DNA from: Candidatus Petromonas tenebris
Lineage (GTDB): Bacteria; Bacillota; Clostridia; Peptostreptococcales; Caminicellaceae
NCBI GenBank assembly: GCA_014236755.1
Contig: JACCKY010000011.1
Location: forward strand, 6,467 to 30,466
Direction of reading: 5' to 3'
DNA: 24,000 nucleotides
The position numbers were made by a program, and so were the translations under genes. The notes under the pieces are model-generated. The model saw only the letters and a list, made by a program, of their open reading frames with translations. It searched no databases and had not been told where the DNA came from. How positions within the stretch are numbered: the first letter of the stretch is position 1; each line of letters begins with the position of its first letter. Below are positions 1 through 8,889 of this stretch, piece by piece.

Positions 1-1
1 T

Positions 2-2338
2 GCTGCCTTTTATATAGCAGATGGGGCCATTGAAGAAGCACTATCTGAAATAAAAAAGATGACGCATGATGCAGAAGCAGCAGCCAATGACTGGATAAAT
101 AATCCAGATACTGTAAGTCGTATCAGAGCAGAAATAGAATTAGATCTAGAAGGGGAATTTATTTCACAAGATGATGTGGAGAAAGAACTTGAGAAGAGAC
201 TTCAGGAAGAATTTGAAAACAGATACTTTGGATATCTCTTGGGATACGATGAAGTCAAAATCCCGGTAGAGGGGGACAGCTTGAAGTCTGATTTTATAAT
301 GGATTTAGAGACTATAGAATTTACTCCCGATTTTAATAATTATAAAGAGACTTCAAAGACTTTAACGGTTCAGGAAGCTAAGTACTACACGAGTCCCTCT
401 AAAAGAATCGAAATTTCCGTAGTGACTGATGGAAGCTATAATGAATATGATAAAAGCATTGAACTGAAGGTAAATATTATTCCTCCTGAATATCACTATA
501 TTATTAGTTCAAGTACAATCGAGAAGGAAGTACACCTAAATGATATATATAAGGATAAAGCCATCAGTGCTGGAGGTGATTTGATTGTTACAGGGGGAAA
601 GGTAGAGATAGGTGGGGTAGAAGAAAATAACGGAAATATATATGCTTATGGTACTTATCCTGAGAAAGTTAGACCAGGGACTTATCAAATGGGTGGAATA
701 GTATCGGGTTATGAAAAAAACTGGTCTGATGATTTTATTGTCAGTGCTAATAACGTACATTTTCTAAATAGAAATATTGATTTACTATCTTTAGAAGATT
801 CAGGAAATTTAATCGTTCATGGTGATGTAGCAACGAGGGCAAATATCAAGACAATGGCCCAGAATTCCAGAATAAGTATAGATGGAAATGCATACTGTGA
901 TTCTCTTATGATTGAAAGCAATTCCAGCAATTCTACAATACATGTTAGAAAGAATCTTATTATGTATGATGATTTGGAAATAAATGGACTAAATGGGACG
1001 GTTTATATTGGGGAAGAAGGAAGCTTGATCAATGGAGAAATATGGGGAGTTTTAGATGGCGATCCTGCAGGATTGTACAATGACAGGAGTAGCAGTATAA
1101 TTATTAACAGCTATGAAGGAAGTGAAGAACTTAGGGCCAATAAAGTTTTCATAGGAGGAACTGCTTATATAAAGGCATATAGATACTTAGGAGAAAGTAA
1201 AAATGAAGAAAATAAGAAATATTATCAAACTGGAGAAAGTGTTTCACTAAAAAAATATTCATATATTTATCAAAACAAATTACCCTTTGAAACATATGCT
1301 GAACTTGTAGAATATGAGGATGACGAAAAAAATAAATATTACTTAGTAGAAATAACTGACGATGAGAGTTCAGGGAGTATAAGTAAAGCACAATTTAAAG
1401 CAAACCATTTTTTTGCATATGCCTATGAAAATAGAGAAACATTTGAAAATGATGACGATAGAAATAAGGTAAAGATAAATGAGCTAAGTGAAGAAACTTT
1501 AGATCAAAATTATTCATTAGGAGTAATTACTGCAAATAATAAATTTTACAATCCAGAATATTCAATGAGCCCTGAGGTTTTCTTATATGATGAGATAAAG
1601 GGAAGACCCTCAAAACTCGATGCCCTAGATAAAAATACTAATTTATTTTATAGACGGGATTACGGAGCCAATAAAAATGTAGATGAACAATTCGATCACC
1701 TTTATAAAGAGGTTCCAAACATTAAAACCGTAAATGAAACGGAAGACAAGAAAAATTTTATTTTTATTGAAACAGATAAAGTTGTAGAAGAAGATGATAT
1801 GTATAAGGATATCTTTATTAATCCTCCTGAGACATTAGATATTAAGGCTATATACGGCGTAGAAAGTAAAGAGGAGCTTGAGAACTATTGTACTATTGTC
1901 AACTTTGACGAAGATGAAGAACATGTGATTGAAGGGATAATATTTACAAAGGGGAACGTATTTATCTACGAAGAGGAAAATAATGAACTTCAATTCAATG
2001 GAACTATCATAGCTAAGGGAAATGTGGTATTTTATGGAGAAGGGAAAAAAAATCTAAGGTATGATGAGAATAAGGTGCTAACCTTAATTGCTAAAAATGA
2101 AAAATTGTACGATTTTTTTTATGGAAATATAGGTAAAAAAATAAATATAACAAATAACAGTATTGACTATTATCCAGATAACCCTGAAAATTCATTTGAT
2201 ATCTACACTGAAAATAATGACGTTTCCAGAACAGTAATAGTAAAGGAAGATATTCCTAAGTTTGAAGGTTCTAATAAAAAGAAGACAGTAAGGACCTTTG
2301 AAATAATTTCGTGGAAAGAAATTGTGGAGGGAAGTTGA
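2..2338 (+). CDS. Large secreted/pilus-associated protein, 5' end outside the window (possible PilX-like minor-pilin/tip protein)
   Basis: The frame of the 59..2338 ORF stays open back to nt 2 (AAFYIADGAIEEALSEIKK precedes the listed Met), so the gene starts upstream. The A-x-Y-x-A-(D/E)-G-x-I-E string at the edge resembles the conserved motif of PilX-N/ComGG-type minor pilins. G-rich, beta-helix-like repeats are present (GGDLIVTGGKVEIGG, GNLIVHGDV, IEGIIFTKGNVFIY..FNGTIIAKGNVVFYG). The CDS is solid; the product call is tentative. Confidence 0.6.
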   Translation, partial: AAFYIADGAIEEALSEIKKMTHDAEAAANDWINNPDTVSRIRAEIELDLEGEFISQDDVEKELEKRLQEEFENRYFGYLLGYDEVKIPVEGDSLKSDFIMDLETIEFTPDFNNYKETSKTLTVQEAKYYTSPSKRIEISVVTDGSYNEYDKSIELKVNIIPPEYHYIISSSTIEKEVHLNDIYKDKAISAGGDLIVTGGKVEIGGVEENNGNIYAYGTYPEKVRPGTYQMGGIVSGYEKNWSDDFIVSANNVHFLNRNIDLLSLEDSGNLIVHGDVATRANIKTMAQNSRISIDGNAYCDSLMIESNSSNSTIHVRKNLIMYDDLEINGLNGTVYIGEEGSLINGEIWGVLDGDPAGLYNDRSSSIIINSYEGSEELRANKVFIGGTAYIKAYRYLGESKNEENKKYYQTGESVSLKKYSYIYQNKLPFETYAELVEYEDDEKNKYYLVEITDDESSGSISKAQFKANHFFAYAYENRETFENDDDRNKVKINELSEETLDQNYSLGVITANNKFYNPEYSMSPEVFLYDEIKGRPSKLDALDKNTNLFYRRDYGANKNVDEQFDHLYKEVPNIKTVNETEDKKNFIFIETDKVVEEDDMYKDIFINPPETLDIKAIYGVESKEELENYCTIVNFDEDEEHVIEGIIFTKGNVFIYEEENNELQFNGTIIAKGNVVFYGEGKKNLRYDENKVLTLIAKNEKLYDFFYGNIGKKINITNNSIDYYPDNPENSFDIYTENNDVSRTVIVKEDIPKFEGSNKKKTVRTFEIISWKEIVEGS

Positions 2339-2343
2339 TTAAT

Positions 2344-3195
2344 ATGAAGCAGAAATATCTGATTATTATTTTTATATTATTAATAGGTTTTACAGGTAGT
2401 TCCATGGCGGTAGCTGATAATTATGAGGAGCTTATAAAAAATAAGGTTATTATTATAGTAAATGGAGAAGAGTTAAACACCTTTGATCAAGTGCAAAAAG
2501 TGGATATGCCGGCATTTATATATAACGACAGGACATTACTTCCTTTAAGGACCATGTTTAGGATATTTGATATAGTTCCCAAATGGAATCCTAAGAACAG
2601 GTCAATTACAGCTGAAGGACAAAACAAAAAAATTTGGCTTCAGATAGATAATGAGAATGTAAAGGTTAATGAGCAAAATATGAAAATAGATGTGCCAGCT
2701 AAAATATTTAATAACAGGACCTACGTACCCGTAAGATTTATTTCAGAAACCTTTGGGATTCAGCCAATTTGGGATGGGGTAAAGAGAAGAGTAATAATTA
2801 ATACTTTAGAAAAGAACATTTTTTTAAAAGATTTTAATGTAAGTTTCAAGGCAAAAGACGAAGTGGACTTTGGTCAGCCTGTAAAATTAAGGGATTCTAT
2901 GTATCAGATCATGTCAAAAAGTCGACCTGGCACTAAGATATATATTGTCAAACATAGTGAAAAAATAGATAAAACATTATTGAAGATAACTGCTGAAATC
3001 CCTTTAAAGACAGAAGACTTCACTGAAATCAGTAAAATAGATAATAGAAATATTTACTACGGCGAATATTTGAACAGGCTGGAAAATACAAAAACAGGTA
3101 TATTTTTAACAGCTCTAGATAAAAGCACATTGATATGGTACTTTTATGGAATGGATTTTGATTCAGCTAAGGAAATAGTAGAAAGTATTTATTAA
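2344..3195 (+). CDS. Secreted copper amine oxidase N-terminal (stalk) domain protein
   Basis: ATG at 2344 is preferred over 2311. It sits behind GGAGGG (about 2326-2331), avoids overlap with the previous CDS and gives a signal peptide, MKQKYLIIIFILLIGFTGSSMA. Two copies of the CuAO-N-like motif are present: NDRTLLPLRTMFRIFDIVPKW and NNRTYVPVRFISETFGIQPIW. Confidence 0.75.
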   Translation: MKQKYLIIIFILLIGFTGSSMAVADNYEELIKNKVIIIVNGEELNTFDQVQKVDMPAFIYNDRTLLPLRTMFRIFDIVPKWNPKNRSITAEGQNKKIWLQIDNENVKVNEQNMKIDVPAKIFNNRTYVPVRFISETFGIQPIWDGVKRRVIINTLEKNIFLKDFNVSFKAKDEVDFGQPVKLRDSMYQIMSKSRPGTKIYIVKHSEKIDKTLLKITAEIPLKTEDFTEISKIDNRNIYYGEYLNRLENTKTGIFLTALDKSTLIWYFYGMDFDSAKEIVESIY

Positions 3196-3212
3196 AAGAA
3201 AGGAGGGGTACT

Positions 3213-5717
3213 GTGAAAGAGCTTAAGGTAAGAAAGTCGATGAGGTTAATAATTGTTGCAGTGACGCTACCATTAATATTTAATTTGTTTTTTATAACAG
3301 TAAATGCAAATAAAAATGGTAAAGAACTGGAAATTAAGGACGATTTTAATGATGATCGAATAGATAAAAGTCTGTGGAACATTGTTTTCGGTTCTTGGAT
3401 AGAAGAAAATCATTTAATTCATTCTGAGGATTATTGGCTTCTTAATCCTAAATATCTTAAACTAAAGGAAAATTTATCAAATTATTCTAAATATGAAATT
3501 TCCCTGGACATTGTACCTACTCCTATTGACTACAATAATGAATACACCGATGGAGGCGTTATTTTCGGACAGAATATAAACAAGGGATATGGAATATATT
3601 TGGATACTGTAGACAAAAGTTTAGTTCTTTATGAAAGGGACAATTTATGGGAAGAGAATTATTTAATAGATAAAACTATAGATGAAATGAAGAAAGATGG
3701 AAGTTACAGGTTAAAGCTTGAACTCAATAAAAATAAAAAGGATAAATATGACCTTGAATTAAAAGTAATAGACCTATCCGACAATAATGTGATTTATTGG
3801 CAGATAAAGGAAAACTTAGATTTACATTTTAATGATCTGTTTCTTTATAGCACGTGGGGTAGATGGTCTTCCTTTGATAACTTCCAGTTAAAAGCTGATA
3901 GAGAAGATGCTTCAGTGTATCCCCCAGCTGATTTTACCGTGATTCAGGAGGGTGATGAGCTTAAACTGACCTGGAAGATAGACGATAGTAAAGTAACGGG
4001 ATTTGAAATTTTTTATTCCGATGATGGATCAATTGATGAAGAGGACATAATTCGTGTAGTTAATAAACATGAAAGAAGTTATAATATTGATGTTAGTGAT
4101 GAAATGATAGAATCAGAAAATATAATATTGGGCATAAGGTCGAAAAAAGGAAATGACAGAAGTAAGATAGTAACTGACTCGATTTTTTTAATGGAAAAAC
4201 CCAAGGAGTTTAAATATATAAACTATGGGGATTTTGTAGAGTTTAGATGGGAACACGTTGAGGGAGCAGTTAAATATATTTTGTATGATGAAAATGGGAA
4301 TCCTCTAACTGATGAAAATGGAAATGTCATTGAGACATTAGAAAACAAAATAAATTATAAAAGTATGAGAGAAAATTTAGACTTCTCCAAGTTTACTGTG
4401 GTGGCTTATAATGTAAATAATGGATACAGCCCACCTTCGGATTACCCGGAAGAAATAGTCCTTGAAAGGGTCGAAAACTTTGAAGTTGTTCAAGAAGGGA
4501 GCCTGTATAGTCTCCAATGGAATAGTTTGCCTTTATCACTTGGATATGAATTATACAGTGGAATAACAGAGGAATCTATGGTAAAGCTCAACCAAGACTT
4601 GATTATTGGAACCAGTTACCAATATAACATTTCAGAGGATGATTACGACAGTACTAGATATTTTAAGATAAGGGCTAAGCTTATTCCGGAGACAGATATA
4701 GAGTATTCGGGCTATTCTGAGGTAATTGGGTTTAGACCTATAAAGAAACCTGAAATAATACAGTCTCCTGGTGATTATGAAGCTGAGTCCGGCGAAACCC
4801 TGATTTATCAAATAAAGGTTTACAAGTCTGATTTACCGGCAGACCTGATCATTGAAGCAGGCGACAATTTAGAACTCACAAATGTTTATTATAATGATAC
4901 ACAACTTCAATTCACAACAGAAGGTCACAAATATAAAATTGATTTGTCAAGAATAGATACGGAGGTACTAGAAGTACAATTAGAAATCAAAGCCGTAAAT
5001 ATGACAGAAGATAATATTAATACGAGTTTTAAAATCTATACTGTAGGATATAAAGATAGTGGAGATAAATTTGTCTATAGAACCGCAACCGTATCATCGA
5101 ATATAACAATAGAGGCTTTAGAAGATGTAGGTAATATTGAACTGGGATTAATAGATAGAGAAGACCAAAGTTTCATTACAGATTCTGAACAGTCAATTTT
5201 TTACGGAGAAGAGTTAGGACTGAAATCAATATTTAATTTTAACTCCGGTAATATATATAATCCTATTATTAAATTTACGCTAGGCTATAATCAACTATTT
5301 AAATTCAAATTTCCGGAACCAGTTATAGTAGATGAAACTGGAAATGGGTTGAATTATAGTGCAGTTTATATAAAAAATGATGATAGCTTGGTGATTTTAA
5401 TAAAACCTGCTCTTAGCGATGATAGATTTTTAAAAAATACTGATTACGAAGTAAAACTTCTGACAAATGTGATATCAATAAGTAAAGATGAGATTAGAGA
5501 TATAGCAGATTCGAAAGGTAAACCATTGTGGAAAATTCCTTATATAATTAGAGATATAATCGAAGATGAAGACAAATTATCTTTAAATATTAAAATGCAG
5601 TTATTATGGAATGCTACTCCGAAAATGACAAATGCCAATGACAGGGACCGCTCATCTCAAATAAGAGAGATTAAGCTAAAGCTTGAAAATATGGATGAAT
5701 TACCTGGAGCCTTTTAA
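3213..5717 (+). CDS. Large secreted multidomain protein: N-terminal anchor/signal, LamG/DUF1080-like lectin fold, three FN3-like modules, unknown C-terminal half
   Basis: GTG start 6 nt after AGGAGG (3201-3206). Hydrophobic N-terminus RLIIVAVTLPLIFNLFFITVNA. DFNDDRIDKSLWNIVFGSW...FDNFQL is typical of concanavalin-like domains (about 3330-3896). Three about 90-aa modules carry the FN3 signature: ..L.W....V.G(F/Y)E(I/L)(F/Y).. at PPADFTVIQEGDELKLTWK..GFEIFYS, FKYINYGDFVEFRWEHVEGAVKYILY and FEVVQEGSLYSLQWNSLPLSLGYELYS (about 3918-4742). Confidence 0.7.
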   Translation: MKELKVRKSMRLIIVAVTLPLIFNLFFITVNANKNGKELEIKDDFNDDRIDKSLWNIVFGSWIEENHLIHSEDYWLLNPKYLKLKENLSNYSKYEISLDIVPTPIDYNNEYTDGGVIFGQNINKGYGIYLDTVDKSLVLYERDNLWEENYLIDKTIDEMKKDGSYRLKLELNKNKKDKYDLELKVIDLSDNNVIYWQIKENLDLHFNDLFLYSTWGRWSSFDNFQLKADREDASVYPPADFTVIQEGDELKLTWKIDDSKVTGFEIFYSDDGSIDEEDIIRVVNKHERSYNIDVSDEMIESENIILGIRSKKGNDRSKIVTDSIFLMEKPKEFKYINYGDFVEFRWEHVEGAVKYILYDENGNPLTDENGNVIETLENKINYKSMRENLDFSKFTVVAYNVNNGYSPPSDYPEEIVLERVENFEVVQEGSLYSLQWNSLPLSLGYELYSGITEESMVKLNQDLIIGTSYQYNISEDDYDSTRYFKIRAKLIPETDIEYSGYSEVIGFRPIKKPEIIQSPGDYEAESGETLIYQIKVYKSDLPADLIIEAGDNLELTNVYYNDTQLQFTTEGHKYKIDLSRIDTEVLEVQLEIKAVNMTEDNINTSFKIYTVGYKDSGDKFVYRTATVSSNITIEALEDVGNIELGLIDREDQSFITDSEQSIFYGEELGLKSIFNFNSGNIYNPIIKFTLGYNQLFKFKFPEPVIVDETGNGLNYSAVYIKNDDSLVILIKPALSDDRFLKNTDYEVKLLTNVISISKDEIRDIADSKGKPLWKIPYIIRDIIEDEDKLSLNIKMQLLWNATPKMTNANDRDRSSQIREIKLKLENMDELPGAF

Positions 5718-5748
5718 GCTAAAAATCATTATCAAAGGATGTGGTTAA

Positions 5749-6012
5749 GTGTTTCTAAAAAATTATATGGAAGTAGCTGTAGAGCATGTACTGCCTAACC
5801 TACTAAAGGCATTTGGTAAAATATGTACCTGTGATAAATGTATTATGGATATAAAAGCCATAGCTCTGAATAACTTAAAACCACATTATGTAGTTACTGA
5901 TAAGGGAGAGCTATACTCAAAAGTCAATGAAATGGAAGTACAGTTTCAAACTGATGTAATGAAGGCATTGATAGATGCTATAGCAATAGTATCACAAAAT
6001 CCTAGACATTAG
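5749..6012 (+). CDS. ComFB-family (late competence development protein ComFB-like) small protein
   Basis: 87 aa. The N-terminal (M)FLKNYMEVAVEHVL and the Cys motif CTCDKCIMDIKAIALNNLKPHYV match the ComFB family pattern (NYME..V...L...C.C..C..D..A.ALN.L.P.Y). GTG start 9 nt after AAAGGA. Confidence 0.7.
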   Translation: MFLKNYMEVAVEHVLPNLLKAFGKICTCDKCIMDIKAIALNNLKPHYVVTDKGELYSKVNEMEVQFQTDVMKALIDAIAIVSQNPRH

Positions 6013-6027
6013 AATAAGGTGGAAAAG

Positions 6028-6543
6028 ATGAAAAAAAACATTGTGCTTATAGGGTTTATGGGGACTGGAAAGACTACAGTAGGTAAAAAAGTAGCAGAAA
6101 AAATAAGTTTAAGCTTTATTGATTCCGACGAGGAAATAGTAAAAAAGTCTGGAATGTCAATCAATGAAATATTTAATAGGTTTGGGGAAGAATACTTTAG
6201 AAAAATTGAAGGAGAAGTAATTGAAGAATTATCGAACCTAGAAGGATATGTGATATCTACTGGAGGAGGTATAGTAAAAAATCAAGAGAATATTTTGAAT
6301 TTAAAAGGAAAAGGAGCAATTATTTATCTTAATGGCAGTGCAAAAAAAATCGAAGAAAACATAAAAAAGGATGCTGATAACAGACCTTTACTTAAGACTG
6401 ATAATGTTTTAAATAAAATTATTTCTCTACTAGAGGAAAGAAAAGATTTGTACAGAAAAGCTATGGATTTTGAAATAATTATTGATAGTCTTTCAGTTGA
6501 TGAGGTTGCTGAAAAAGTTATAGATATATACAGAAGTATATGA
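6028..6543 (+). CDS. aroK: Shikimate kinase
   Basis: Walker A motif GFMGTGKTTVGK, about 170 aa, with SxGGG (ISTGGGIV). ATG at 6028 is preferred because AGGTGG lies 6 nt upstream. The in-frame GTG at 6019 sits inside that RBS. Confidence 0.9.
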   Translation: MKKNIVLIGFMGTGKTTVGKKVAEKISLSFIDSDEEIVKKSGMSINEIFNRFGEEYFRKIEGEVIEELSNLEGYVISTGGGIVKNQENILNLKGKGAIIYLNGSAKKIEENIKKDADNRPLLKTDNVLNKIISLLEERKDLYRKAMDFEIIIDSLSVDEVAEKVIDIYRSI

Positions 6544-6550
6544 TCTACTA

Positions 6551-6585
6551 TATAGAGTACTCATGTACTCTATAATTTTGTGTTT
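6551..6585 (+). terminator. Rho-independent terminator after aroK
   Basis: Perfect 10-bp inverted repeat TATAGAGTAC (6551-6560) / GTACTCTATA (6565-6574) with loop TCAT, followed by ATTTTGTGTTT. Confidence 0.55.
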
Positions 6586-6737
6586 AATGAACAAAAACAT
6601 GAAAATAATATAACTTAGAATAAATTGTATTCAAAAGCGTGTTTTTATGTTATGATATTATTGTAATTTTTTAGTAGGAAGTGAAAAATACTAATGAAAA
6701 GATATAAAATACTTGTTTTAAACGGCCCAAATCTTAA

Positions 6738-6753
6738 TATGCTTGTATGCTTG
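6738..6753 (+). repeat. Perfect 8-bp tandem duplication TATGCTTG x2 inside aroQ
   Basis: Copy 1 is 6738-6745 and copy 2 is 6746-6753. Removing one copy restores ..NLNMLGIRE.., the conserved LG.RE motif. Confidence 0.95.
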
Positions 6754-6876
6754 GCATAAGAGAAAAAACATCTATGGAAGGACTACACTTGCTGATATCA
6801 ACTACATGATTGAATGTGAAGCAGAAAGATTAAACATTGAAATCGATTTTTTCCAATCATACGTTGAAGGGAAGTT

Positions 6877-6892
6877 TATAGATCTATAGATC
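6877..6892 (+). repeat. Perfect 8-bp tandem duplication TATAGATC x2 inside aroQ
   Basis: Copy 1 is 6877-6884 and copy 2 is 6885-6892. Removing one copy restores ..GKFIDRIHGA... Confidence 0.95.
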
Positions 6893-7167
6893 GTATACAT
6901 GGAGCTATAAATAGATATCACGGAATCATAATTAATCCCGGGGCTTATACCCATTACAGTATAGCGATAAGGGATGCAATTTCTTCTATAAATTTACCAG
7001 TTACAGAAGTGCATTTATCAAATGTTCATAGCAGAGAAGAATTTAGAAAAAAATCTGTAATTGCTCCTGTATGCATAGGTCAGATAAGTGGATTTAAAGA
7101 GTACAGTTACATACTTGGACTATATGCTCTTCATAATATTTTGAATGATAAAAATGGGGGTATGTAA

Positions 7168-8229
7168 GTGAAGAATAATTTGGATAGATTTAGAGAAAAG
7201 CTGATACAGGAAGGATTAGACGGTGCCGTAGTATATAAACCTGAAAATAGGAGATACCTAAGCGGGTTTACCGGTTCATCGGGATATGTGGTAGTTACTA
7301 GAGATAAAAATTTATTTATTACTGATTTTAGATATGTAGAACAGGCCTCAAAACAGTGTGAAGGTTTTGAAGTATTAAAGCATACTGAAGATAGGACAGT
7401 TTATGATATTCTCAATGAATTGAATGTAGACAAGCTTGGATTTGAGGAAGAGTTTGTAACCTTTATGCAATATGAAAAATTCAATAATAAATTACAGGAT
7501 ATGGAGCTTGTTCCCCTAAAAGGAATTATAAACAAGCTCAGAATGATTAAATCTGATGATGAAATAAAAAAAATTGAGAAAGCAGCTAATATTGCAGATG
7601 AGGCATTTAAACATATATTAGACATAATAAAACCTGGCATTACTGAGTGGGAAGTTTCTCTAGAACTTGAAGGTTTTATGAAAAAAAGTGGTGCTACAGG
7701 AACTTCCTTTGAGAGTATTGTTGCATCCGGGAAGCGATCCTCACTGCCCCATGGTGTAGCGTCTCAAAAAGTCATTGAAAAGGGAGATTTTGTTACTTTA
7801 GATTTTGGATGTGTATATGATGGATATTGCTCCGACATGACGCGAACCATTGTTATAGGTAAGGCCTCCGATAAACAAAAGGAAATATATGAGATAGTTT
7901 TAGAGGCACAGGAATCTGCATTAAAATATATTAAATCAGGCATAAAAGGATTTGAGGCAGACAAGATTGCTAGAGAAATAATTAATGATGAAGGATATGG
8001 AGAATATTTTGGACACGGACTGGGTCACGGAGTTGGCTTGGAAGTCCATGAAGCTCCAAGACTATCACCTATAGGTAAAGATACACTTGAAACTAACATG
8101 GTAGTTACTGATGAGCCAGGAATTTACATACATGATTTTGGTGGAGTAAGAATCGAGGATTTAGTAGTAGTTACAAAGGATGGGTGCAAAGTTTTATCGA
8201 AGTCGCCTAAGAATTTAATTGAACTTTAA
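7168..8229 (+). CDS. M24-family Xaa-Pro aminopeptidase/dipeptidase (B. subtilis YqhT-like)
   Basis: Creatinase-like N-domain plus the M24 metal-ligand motifs DFGCVYDGYCSDMTRT, HGLGHGVGLEVHE and EPGIY..GGVRIED. GTG start directly after the aroQ stop. Conserved position upstream of efp. Confidence 0.9.
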   Translation: MKNNLDRFREKLIQEGLDGAVVYKPENRRYLSGFTGSSGYVVVTRDKNLFITDFRYVEQASKQCEGFEVLKHTEDRTVYDILNELNVDKLGFEEEFVTFMQYEKFNNKLQDMELVPLKGIINKLRMIKSDDEIKKIEKAANIADEAFKHILDIIKPGITEWEVSLELEGFMKKSGATGTSFESIVASGKRSSLPHGVASQKVIEKGDFVTLDFGCVYDGYCSDMTRTIVIGKASDKQKEIYEIVLEAQESALKYIKSGIKGFEADKIAREIINDEGYGEYFGHGLGHGVGLEVHEAPRLSPIGKDTLETNMVVTDEPGIYIHDFGGVRIEDLVVVTKDGCKVLSKSPKNLIEL

Positions 8230-8291
8230 ATCAATATATCAATTATAATTTAATCAATTTAACAATTATCAAAAATTTGGAGGGATATTAA

Positions 8292-8849
8292 ATGATTTCA
8301 GCAGGAGATTTTAGAAAGGGAGTAACCTTTGAAATTGATGGAGAACCATTTGTAGTTGTTGACTTTCAGCATGTAAAACCTGGAAAGGGAGCGGCCTTTG
8401 TGAGAACAAAGTATAAAAGCTTGATTTCAGGAACTATCAGAGAACAGGCATTTAATCCAAATGATAAGTTTCCAAGAGCCCATATAGAGACAAAGGAAAT
8501 GCAGTATTTATATAATGATGGTCAACTTTACTATTTTATGGATAACGAAACTTATGAACAAATACCTCTTACTTATGAGCAGGTAGAGGATGCGATAAAG
8601 TATATCAGAGAAAACGATAGTGCTACCGTTAAGTTTTATAAAGGAAGATGTTTTCAAGTGGAAGCTCCAAACTTTGTTGAGCTGGAGGTTGTGGAAACAG
8701 AGCCTGGAGTAAAGGGAGATACTGCCACTAACGTAACTAAAAGAGCAAAACTTGAAACTGGAGCAGAGGTACAGGTACCTTTATTTGTAAATGAAGGCGA
8801 TAAAATCAAAGTAGATACTAGAACAGGTGAGTATTTATCTAGGGCATAA
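8292..8849 (+). CDS. efp: Elongation factor P
   Basis: 185 aa. [38 protein letters not shown] is the canonical EF-P N-terminus, including the KPGKG loop. GGAGGG RBS. Confidence 0.95.
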   Translation: MISAGDFRKGVTFEIDGEPFVVVDFQHVKPGKGAAFVRTKYKSLISGTIREQAFNPNDKFPRAHIETKEMQYLYNDGQLYYFMDNETYEQIPLTYEQVEDAIKYIRENDSATVKFYKGRCFQVEAPNFVELEVVETEPGVKGDTATNVTKRAKLETGAEVQVPLFVNEGDKIKVDTRTGEYLSRA

Positions 8850-8889
8850 TGGTAATAATATAAAAGATTAAAAACAAAGGAGGGTTCTT

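Larger units (their letters stand above)
6694..7167 (+). pseudogene. aroQ: Type II 3-dehydroquinate dehydratase, disrupted by frameshifts
   Basis: The AroQ sequence is readable in three pieces. The first is MKRYKILVLNGPNLNML (from ATG 6694; stop in this frame at 6757). The second is ..[40 protein letters not shown] (frame +1; stop at 6887). The third is [68 protein letters not shown].. (6892-7167, back in the ATG frame). No ORF of 66 aa or more is listed here in the ORF track. Confidence 0.85.

Noticed and set aside
2311-2343. Upstream ATG (2311) for the CuAO-N domain protein and 17580 for xseA, as given in the ORF track
   Set aside because: The 2311 start overlaps the preceding CDS and places 11 non-signal residues before an obvious signal peptide. 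The 17580 start sits 1 nt from its only Shine-Dalgarno-like sequence. The downstream ATGs fit better, though this is not proven.
5697-5714. C-terminal ELPGAF of the 834-aa protein as a possible sortase (LPxTG) signal
   Set aside because: It is not LPxTG and is not followed by a hydrophobic segment and charged tail. It is the very end of the protein.
6694-7167. Programmed ribosomal frameshifting or recoding as an explanation for the split aroQ
   Set aside because: Three separate shifts would be required. There are no slippery heptamers or stimulatory structures at the junctions. The disruptions are exact tandem duplications, which are the signature of mutation rather than recoding.
8230-8291. 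Repeated ATCAAT/ATCAATT motifs and a TATAAT hexamer upstream of efp
   Set aside because: The repeats are short and expected by chance in an AT-rich spacer. No -35 lies at 16-18 nt from the TATAAT. efp may simply be co-transcribed with the peptidase gene.
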